The notes under the pieces were generated by a model that saw only the letters and a list, made by a program, of their open reading frames with translations, searched no databases and was not told the origin of the DNA. A program made the translations under genes and the position numbers. This document shows, one piece after another, positions 7,554 to 14,091 of a stretch of DNA of 40,362 nucleotides. Positions within the stretch are counted from its first letter, which is position 1. Every line of letters begins with the position of its first letter. This DNA is from Anaerolinea sp. (lineage in GTDB: Bacteria > Chloroflexota > Anaerolineae > Anaerolineales > Villigracilaceae): assembly GCA_020720965.1 (NCBI GenBank), contig DYNS01000001.1:1-40362 (forward strand), written 5' to 3'.

Positions 7554-8330
7554 TTAAGCCTGGAAGAATACGGGGGGGCGTTTTTCCAAAAAGGCGCTTA
7601 CGCCTTCTTTATGTTCGGGTAGATGGCTGGCGGCTTCTTGTAGTTGGCTTTCATATTCCAGCGCCTCTGCCAGGTTGGGCAGCATGGTCTTGTTGAACAA
7701 GCGTTTGCTTAGCCCAAACGCCCCCAGAGCAGAGCCAGTGAACCGTTCTGCGAGGAGGGTTGCGGCACTTTGCAAGGTTTCAGCCGGGTAAACGTGGTTG
7801 ACCAAGCCCCAGGCGAGAGCCTGTTCTGCCGGGATGGGCGCGTTGCTGAGGGTGAATTCGCTTGCCCGTCCCAAACCAATCAGCGCGGGTAAAAGCAGCC
7901 CCACCCCGGAATCCGGAATCAGTCCAATGCCGTTGAATCCGACCACGAAGCGGGCATCCTCCGAAGCCAGGCGCAGGTCACAAGCTAGGGCGATGCCCAG
8001 GCTTGCTCCGGCGCAAACGCCATTGACGGCGGCGATGACTGGTTTTTCCAACTGCCGAATTTGTAAAATGAGAGGGTTGTAGGTTTCCAACAGGTGCTGA
8101 CGGTAAGACATGCTCTCGCCGCCGCCGCGCATTTCTTCAATATCCTGCCCGGCGCCAAAGACTTTGCCTGTGCCGGTGAGGATGACCACCCTGGTTTGCG
8201 AATCTCGGAGGGCTTGCCGGAAGGCGGTTTGCAGTTCCAGAATGAGCGCCAGGTTAAAGGCATTGGCTTTGGGGCGGTCTATGGTAAGCCGCAGAACGCC
8301 CTGATGAAGTTCGGTGTGTAAGTGAGGCAT
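7554..8330 (-). CDS. Enoyl-CoA hydratase/isomerase (crotonase) family protein
   Basis: 258 aa. LTIDRPKANAF..., VILTGTGKVFGAGQDI, and AAVNGVCAGASLGIALACD (crotonase fold signatures). Confidence 0.9.
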   Translation of the reverse strand: MPHLHTELHQGVLRLTIDRPKANAFNLALILELQTAFRQALRDSQTRVVILTGTGKVFGAGQDIEEMRGGGESMSYRQHLLETYNPLILQIRQLEKPVIAAVNGVCAGASLGIALACDLRLASEDARFVVGFNGIGLIPDSGVGLLLPALIGLGRASEFTLSNAPIPAEQALAWGLVNHVYPAETLQSAATLLAERFTGSALGAFGLSKRLFNKTMLPNLAEALEYESQLQEAASHLPEHKEGVSAFLEKRPPVFFQA

Positions 8331-8346
8331 GGTTTACTCTCCTATG

Positions 8347-8391
8347 AAAAGTGCGTAATCCGCTGCCGGGTTGCGCTGCGAATTACGCACT
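8347..8391 (-). terminator. Terminator-like hairpin between the acidic-tail gene and the enoyl-CoA hydratase gene
   Basis: Perfect 10-bp arms AGTGCGTAAT (8350..8359) and ATTACGCACT (8382..8391) flank a 22 nt loop. On the minus strand the hairpin is followed by UUUU (8350..8347). It sits about 5 nt upstream of the hydratase SD (AGGAGAG). Confidence 0.4.
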
Positions 8392-8413
8392 GGAGTTCGC
8401 TTGGGGGCGAGGG

Positions 8414-8785
8414 TTATTCCAGCAGGTCAAGGTCGTCATCCACCGAGTCGTCATCGCTGGCGTTAATTTCCAGTTCCATGTCGTCTCGTTCCAGGTGTAC
8501 CCATAACCAAAGCACCTGCCCATCTTCGGTGTCTACGCTCCGCGCCGCTAAAATGGGGGTGGTTGTTTCCATGCCGGTTTCGTCTCTGTAGTGCAGGTCT
8601 ATCGGTAGGCGGTCGCGCCAACGGCGATAGCAACGCTCCACGAGAGCGGGTCCGTTAAAAGTCCGCAACCGGGTGCGAGCGGTGTGAGAAAAACGGCGGG
8701 TCTCATTTAAACCCAGCGCCCAGCCATCTTGCACGGGTTCAAAAAGAGGGGTTGGTCCTTCAATAATTGTAATTTTGTCTTCCAT
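8414..8785 (-). CDS. Hypothetical protein with a strongly acidic C-terminal tail
   Basis: I prefer start MEDKITIIEGP at 8785 (SD AGGAAG, 5 nt spacer) over the track start 8857. 123 aa ending INASDDDSVDDDLDLLE. I do not recognise the family. Confidence 0.55.
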   Translation of the reverse strand: MEDKITIIEGPTPLFEPVQDGWALGLNETRRFSHTARTRLRTFNGPALVERCYRRWRDRLPIDLHYRDETGMETTTPILAARSVDTEDGQVLWLWVHLERDDMELEINASDDDSVDDDLDLLE

Positions 8786-8880
8786 AGGGGCTTCCTGTCG
8801 AATTTCCACATCATACCATGAGTTCCGCCTCGCCGGTTTGCCGGGCGAGACTTCCATGTATCAATTTTACTTTGTGAAAA

Positions 8881-8909
8881 TTTACGCGCTTATTATCTTA
8901 TGTTATACT
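8881..8909 (+). promoter_or_regulatory. Candidate promoter of the nuo operon
   Basis: TTTACG (8881..8886), a 17 nt spacer, then TATACT (8904..8909), in an AT-rich divergent spacer about 40 nt upstream of the nuoA ATG. Confidence 0.4.
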
Positions 8910-8950
8910 TCGCCCGTTCTTTGCCAATCTCTGCCTATGGAGAATGATGT

Positions 8951-9307
8951 ATGTTACTAGAATATGCCGCTATCGGCATGATGATTTTTGTAACGGCGAT
9001 TGTTGCTGTCATCGCCATCGTGTTGGGGACAATCTTCGGTCCAAACAAACCGAACCAAAAGAAAAACATGCCTTATGAATCCGGGATGAATCCCATCGGA
9101 CCCGGAACGCGCCGAATCCCGGTGCGTTTTTATCTTGTTGCCGTCCTCTTCATCCTGTTCGACCTGGAAATCGTCTTCTTCCTGCCCTGGGCAATTGCCC
9201 TGCGCGAGTTGGGGATGTATGGTTATCTTGCAATGGTTGTCTTCAACATTCCCATCATTATCGGTTTCATTTACGAATGGAAAAAAGGAGGCATGGAATG
9301 GGAGTAG
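8951..9307 (+). CDS. nuoA: NADH-quinone oxidoreductase subunit A
   Basis: 118 aa, 3 [12 protein letters not shown] and [21 protein letters not shown] are typical NuoA/ND3 features. Confidence 0.95.
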   Translation: MLLEYAAIGMMIFVTAIVAVIAIVLGTIFGPNKPNQKKNMPYESGMNPIGPGTRRIPVRFYLVAVLFILFDLEIVFFLPWAIALRELGMYGYLAMVVFNIPIIIGFIYEWKKGGMEWE

Positions 9308-9780
9308 AGCAAAAATTAGGCGAAATGGGCGTTGTTACCGCCCGCCTGGAGGATGTGGTGAATTGGGGGCGTACCAATGCCATGTGGCCCATGCTATTTG
9401 GCTTGGCTTGCTGCGCCATTGAGATGATGTCTGCCCAAGCCGCCAATTACGATATGAGCCGCTTCGGCATGGAACTGATGCGCCCAAGCCCTCGTCAGAG
9501 CGACCTGATGATTGTTGCCGGGCGGGTGAGCCGCAAAATGGCTCCTGTATTGCGCCGTTTGTACGAACAAATGCCAGACCCCAAGTGGGTTATCGCCATG
9601 GGCGATTGCGCCTCTTCTGGCGGCGTTTTTAATAATTACGCGGTAGTGCAAGGGGTGGATGAAATTGTGCCGGTAGATGTATACGTCTCTGGTTGCCCGC
9701 CCCGCCCCGAAGCCCTCATTCACGGCGTTGTCACCCTGCACGAAAAAGTTCGCAAAGAAAAGATAAAGGACTGGGCTTAA
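9298..9780 (+). CDS. nuoB: NADH-quinone oxidoreductase subunit B
   Basis: [20 protein letters not shown] and [11 protein letters not shown] (N2 cluster ligands). Start MGVEQK at 9298 is preferred, with AAAGGAGG 6-7 nt upstream. The track start 9277 is possible. Confidence 0.95.
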   Translation: MGVEQKLGEMGVVTARLEDVVNWGRTNAMWPMLFGLACCAIEMMSAQAANYDMSRFGMELMRPSPRQSDLMIVAGRVSRKMAPVLRRLYEQMPDPKWVIAMGDCASSGGVFNNYAVVQGVDEIVPVDVYVSGCPPRPEALIHGVVTLHEKVRKEKIKDWA

Positions 9781-10298
9781 TGATGAGCGAAAAATTGAGC
9801 CAACACATCACCTCCCTGGTGGAAAAATTTGAAGGGACAACCGCCGAATTTGCCGGGGAGACGACCGTTATTATCCCCGCCGAAAGAATCGAGTCGGCTG
9901 CCCGTTTCATTCATGACTACCTCGGCTTCAAATTTCTCTCCTGTCTCACCGCCGTAGATTACTACCCGCAGGATGAACCCCGCTTTCATCTCTTTTACCG
10001 CTTCAACTCCATTCCAGAAGCCCTCTCCCTCAACGTCCGCGTTCCCGTCTCTGGCATCAACCCCAGTATCTCTACCCTCGAGAAGGTCTATAGCAACGCC
10101 AACTGGCACGAGCGCGAAGTGTACGACCTCTTTGGCATCAAATTTGAAGGGCACTCAGACCTGCGCCGCCTCGTCATGCCTGCCGACTGGCAAGGACACC
10201 CCCTCCGCAAAGACTACCCCCTCGGTTACGAAGAACCCCAATACACCTTCAACTACGAAGAAATTTCCGTCCGCAAGCCCAAGGGCAGCCGGGAGTAA
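9780..10298 (+). CDS. nuoC: NADH-quinone oxidoreductase subunit C
   Basis: Contains WHEREVYDLFGIKFEGHSDLRRL. Start MMSEKL at 9780 overlaps the nuoB stop as TAATG. The track start 9693 lies inside nuoB. Confidence 0.93.
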   Translation: MMSEKLSQHITSLVEKFEGTTAEFAGETTVIIPAERIESAARFIHDYLGFKFLSCLTAVDYYPQDEPRFHLFYRFNSIPEALSLNVRVPVSGINPSISTLEKVYSNANWHEREVYDLFGIKFEGHSDLRRLVMPADWQGHPLRKDYPLGYEEPQYTFNYEEISVRKPKGSRE

Positions 10299-10301
10299 AC
10301 C

Positions 10302-11531
10302 ATGACGGATATAAAAGAAGTCTCCTACGAAGAAATTCGTCACCTCGTCTCCGACCGCGCCCTTGAGGGCGAAACCATGCTCCTCAACATGGGTCCGCAG
10401 CATCCCTCCACGCATGGCGTGCTGCGCTTGTTGCTGGAACTGGACGGCGAAAAGGTCGTCAACTGCATTCCCGATGTCGGCTTTTTGCATACCGGCATCG
10501 AGAAAAACATGGAATCCAAGACTTATCAAAAAGCCGAGGTGATGACCGACCGCATGGATTACATGAACCCCCTCGGCAACAACCTCACCTACGTTTTGGC
10601 GGTAGAAAAACTGGTCGGGTTGGATGTGCCGGAGCGGGCGCAAGCCATTCGCGTCATCCTGGCGGAATTGCAGCGCATTTCCTCGCACCTCGTCTGGCTC
10701 GGCACCTCCGCCCTGGACGTTGCGGCGATGTCGGTCTTTTTGTACTGCTTCCGCGAACGCGAACAAATCCTCAACATCTTCGAACTGGTCTCCGGTCAGC
10801 GCATGATGACCACCTACTTCCGCCCCGGCGGTTTATGGCGGGATGTGCCATCCGGTTTTGAGCAAGCCGTGCGCGAATTTTTAGAAGTCATGCCGCACCG
10901 GATTGACGAATACGAAGCCCTGCTGACAAAGAACCCCCTCTTCCTGGACCGCACCCTGGGGATTGGTTCCATTTCAGCAGAGGATGCTCTCAATTGGGGT
11001 CTTACCGGCGCAACCCTCCGCGCTTCGGGCGTTTCTTACGACCTGCGCCGCTTTGCACCCTACTCTGGCTACGAACAATACGACTTTGAAATCCCCCTCC
11101 GTACCGAAGGCGATGTGTACGCCCGTTACATCGTCCGTATTCTGGAAATGCGTCAGTCGCTGCGAATCATCGAGCAAGCCCTCCGCAAACTTCCGGCGGG
11201 ACCGGTGCGCTCCAGCAACCGAAAATTTGTCCCCCCGCCCCGCTCCGAAATCGGTACAAGCATGGAGGCGCTCATCCACCACTTCAAACTGTGGACAGAA
11301 GGCTTCAGCGCCCCTCAGGGTTCGGTTTATGTCGCCACCGAATCGCCGCGAGGCGAATTGGGCTGCTTTTTGGAAAGTGACGGCGGACCCAAACCCTACC
11401 GCGTCCACTTCCGCACCCCCTCTTTTGATAATTTGCAGGTTCTGCCGAAACTCTCCAAAGGCTTCCTGGTCGCCGACCTGGTTGCCATCATCGGCTCGGT
11501 GGACATTGTTCTAGGAGATATTGACCGATGA
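10302..11531 (+). CDS. nuoD: NADH-quinone oxidoreductase subunit D
   Basis: 409 aa. NMGPQHPSTHGVLRL, and a C-terminal SVDIVLGDIDR. Confidence 0.97.
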   Translation: MTDIKEVSYEEIRHLVSDRALEGETMLLNMGPQHPSTHGVLRLLLELDGEKVVNCIPDVGFLHTGIEKNMESKTYQKAEVMTDRMDYMNPLGNNLTYVLAVEKLVGLDVPERAQAIRVILAELQRISSHLVWLGTSALDVAAMSVFLYCFREREQILNIFELVSGQRMMTTYFRPGGLWRDVPSGFEQAVREFLEVMPHRIDEYEALLTKNPLFLDRTLGIGSISAEDALNWGLTGATLRASGVSYDLRRFAPYSGYEQYDFEIPLRTEGDVYARYIVRILEMRQSLRIIEQALRKLPAGPVRSSNRKFVPPPRSEIGTSMEALIHHFKLWTEGFSAPQGSVYVATESPRGELGCFLESDGGPKPYRVHFRTPSFDNLQVLPKLSKGFLVADLVAIIGSVDIVLGDIDR

Positions 11532-12025
11532 GCCTCACCAACCAATACCCCGATGAAGTGCAAGCCATTTTTGCCAAATACCCCTCCAGACGCTCGGCAG
11601 TGATGCCGCTTTTATATCTCGCCCAGCGCGAGGAAGGCTACATCAAAAAAGAATCGATGGAAGAGATTGCTGCCTTGCTCGACCTGGACACGACCGAAGT
11701 CGCCGCCATTGTAGGCTTTTACAGCATGTATCATGATGAAAAAGCCGGAAAATACCGCATTCAGGTCTGCACCGACATCTCTTGCGCCCTGCGCGGTGCA
11801 GATACCTTTCTGGAGCATCTCTGCGACAATATCGGCATCAAGGTTGGCGAAACCACCCCGGATGGCTTGGTGACGATTGAAGAAGTGAAGTGTCTGGCAG
11901 GCTGCGATAAAGCCCCCATGTTCCAACTCCAGGATGGCGACAAAGTCTCCTACCACGAGAATATGACGGTAGACAAGACGATGGAATTGGTGGAAGCCCT
12001 GCGAAAGGCGCAGGCGCAAAAATAA
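11528..12025 (+). CDS. nuoE: NADH-quinone oxidoreductase subunit E
   Basis: 165 aa. 2Fe-2S ligands in VCTDISCALRG ... CLAGCDKAP. ATGA overlap with the nuoD stop. Confidence 0.95.
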   Translation: MSLTNQYPDEVQAIFAKYPSRRSAVMPLLYLAQREEGYIKKESMEEIAALLDLDTTEVAAIVGFYSMYHDEKAGKYRIQVCTDISCALRGADTFLEHLCDNIGIKVGETTPDGLVTIEEVKCLAGCDKAPMFQLQDGDKVSYHENMTVDKTMELVEALRKAQAQK

Positions 12026-12030
12026 GCGGC

Positions 12031-12420
12031 ATGTCTGAGTTTGATATTCAAAAGCAGGTTGAATATTGGCGCAATGGCGCGACAGATGCGCTGGATGCTG
12101 CCAACGACATGATATTGCGAGACAAAAGAATTTTATTTGGATTGTTTTTTCTGCACTTGGCTGTTGAGAAGATATTAAAGGCGCATGTCTGTCGTAGAAC
12201 GATGAACTTTGCGCCGCGCCTTCATAACTTGGTTCGGTTGGCGATACTTGCAGAAATAGCATTGAGTGACGAGCAGATAATGACGCTTGCATCTCTTAAT
12301 GAATTTAGTCTCGAGGGAAGATACCCTGAAACTTGGGCAGAGCCGCCAACGCCTGAGCAGGCAGAAGTATATCTTCTTCGTTCTCGGCAGGTGTTTGAAT
12401 GGTTGATGAATCTATTGTAA
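12031..12420 (+). CDS. HEPN domain protein (putative toxin-like partner of the downstream nucleotidyltransferase)
   Basis: 129 aa, all-helical. LHLAVEKILKAHV ... PRLHNLVRLA ... LEGRYPE resembles the HEPN (PF05168-type) pattern EKaLKA / tHdL / aRYp. Starts 5 nt after the nuoE stop. Confidence 0.75.
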   Translation: MSEFDIQKQVEYWRNGATDALDAANDMILRDKRILFGLFFLHLAVEKILKAHVCRRTMNFAPRLHNLVRLAILAEIALSDEQIMTLASLNEFSLEGRYPETWAEPPTPEQAEVYLLRSRQVFEWLMNLL

Positions 12421-12728
12421 AAGCAGTCAAAATGTACCTGCGGGCTGTTCAAGCGGAGGGCATCCCTGTTAAGGCTGGCGTTTTGTTTGGTTCGTTTGCC
12501 GTTGGAAGAGCGCATGAATGGAGTGATATTGACCTGATGGTCGTCTCTCCGAGATTTGACGGAAAACGCCAACGCCGAGACATTGATTTACTCTGGTATG
12601 TAGCCGCGAAAACCGATAGCCGCATTGAGCCGATTGCCGTTGGCGAAAAGCAATACGCCGAAAGCCACGACAGCGTCATTATCGAAATTGCCCGTAGAGA
12701 AGGGCAAATCATTCCATTAGCAGATTGA
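12399..12728 (+). CDS. Minimal nucleotidyltransferase (MNT, Pol-beta superfamily), putative antitoxin-like partner
   Basis: 109 aa. VLFGSFAVGRAHEWSDIDLMVV is the GS-x10-DxD catalytic motif. Overlaps the HEPN gene by 22 nt. Its stop is 7 nt before the nuoF ATG. Confidence 0.8.
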   Translation: MVDESIVKAVKMYLRAVQAEGIPVKAGVLFGSFAVGRAHEWSDIDLMVVSPRFDGKRQRRDIDLLWYVAAKTDSRIEPIAVGEKQYAESHDSVIIEIARREGQIIPLAD

Positions 12729-12735
12729 GAGTTTT

Positions 12736-13998
12736 ATGACCCATATCCTTCTGCGTCACCGGGATATTCCCGACATCAAAAATATCGAAGTCTACAAGCA
12801 AAACGGCGGTTTCCAATCGCTGCAAAAGGCGCTGACTGCGATGCAGCCCAAGCAAATTGTGGAGGAAGTAAAAGCCTCCGGTTTGCGTGGGCGCGGCGGC
12901 GCGGGCTTCCCCACCGGCGTAAAGTGGTCTTTCCTGCCGGATACCATCTTCCCCCACTATGTCGTCTGCAACGCAGACGAATCCGAACCGGGGACTTTCA
13001 AAGACCGCGAGATTATGGAAAGCAACCCCTACCAATTTCTGGAAGGCGTTGCCATTTCCTGTTTCGCGGTAGGCGCACAGGAAGGCTACATTTACCTGCG
13101 CGGCGAGTTTTACCCGGTTGCCCAACACCTCGATGCCTGCATCGCCGAGATGGAAAAGCAAGGCTACCTGGGCGATAACCTCTTCGGCACCCAAACCTCC
13201 ATCCGCCTCAAGACTCACCTCGGCGCGGGGGCTTACATCTGCGGCGAAGAAACCGCCCTGCTGGAATCGCTGGAAGGCAAACGCGGGCAGCCCCGTTTGC
13301 GCCCACCCTTCCCGGCGGTTGTGGGTTTGTATGGCAAGCCCACCGTCATCAACAATGTGGAAACTCTCTCCAACCTGCCTTACATCGTGGAACACGGTTC
13401 GGCGGGGTATCGCCAATTTGGCACCGAGAAAAGCCCAGGGACGAAAATCTTCTCCCTTTCTGGCAATGTGAACAAGCCCGGAAACTACGAGCTGCCTCTC
13501 GGAACCACCTTCCGCGAGCTGATTTTTACGCACGGCGGCGGCATTCAGAACGGCAACAAACTTCGTGCCATTATGCCCGCCGGGGCTTCCTCCTCCATCA
13601 TCCGCGTAGACGACCAGACCTTCGACAAGGTCATGGATACCCCCATGGACTACGAAAATGTCCAAAATGTCGGCTCCCTGCTCGGCTCCGCCTCGGTCAT
13701 CGTCATAGACGACACCCACAGTATGGATTGGGTCATCAATAAGACAATCGAGTTCTTCAAACACGAATCTTGCGGCAAATGCACTCCATGCCGTGACGGG
13801 AATTACTGGATGCTGCAACTGACCGAGAAAATTCACGCCGGTCACGCCACCATGAAGGACGTGCAACTTTTGGATACGGTTGCCGCCCAAATGTACGGTA
13901 AATGCCTGTGCGCCCTCGGCGACTTCTCCACCATGGCTGTCCGCACCGCCATAGATCGTTTCCCCGAAGATTTTGAGAAAGTCGCTGGTAAGGCGTAA
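12736..13998 (+). CDS. nuoF: NADH-quinone oxidoreductase subunit F
   Basis: 420 aa. GLRGRGGAGFPTGVKWSF (FMN/NADH site) and ESCGKCTPCRDG (N3 cluster). Confidence 0.97.
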   Translation: MTHILLRHRDIPDIKNIEVYKQNGGFQSLQKALTAMQPKQIVEEVKASGLRGRGGAGFPTGVKWSFLPDTIFPHYVVCNADESEPGTFKDREIMESNPYQFLEGVAISCFAVGAQEGYIYLRGEFYPVAQHLDACIAEMEKQGYLGDNLFGTQTSIRLKTHLGAGAYICGEETALLESLEGKRGQPRLRPPFPAVVGLYGKPTVINNVETLSNLPYIVEHGSAGYRQFGTEKSPGTKIFSLSGNVNKPGNYELPLGTTFRELIFTHGGGIQNGNKLRAIMPAGASSSIIRVDDQTFDKVMDTPMDYENVQNVGSLLGSASVIVIDDTHSMDWVINKTIEFFKHESCGKCTPCRDGNYWMLQLTEKIHAGHATMKDVQLLDTVAAQMYGKCLCALGDFSTMAVRTAIDRFPEDFEKVAGKA

Positions 13999-14006
13999 CG
14001 GGCGAT

Positions 14007-14088
14007 TCGAGTACTCGATAATTCGATAACTTGAGTATCGGAATGTCGAATACCGAATAACGAATATCGGAATACCGGGTATCGAATA
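14007..14088. repeat. AT-rich spacer with a 12-bp perfect palindrome and about 6 tandem NCGAATA-like heptamers
   Basis: TCGAGTACTCGA (14007..14018) is a perfect palindrome. From 14046..14088 the sequence reads TCGAATA CCGAATA ACGAATA TCGGAATA CCGGGTA TCGAATA. It fills almost the whole 93 nt nuoF-nuoG gap. Confidence 0.7.
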
Positions 14089-14091
14089 ACT

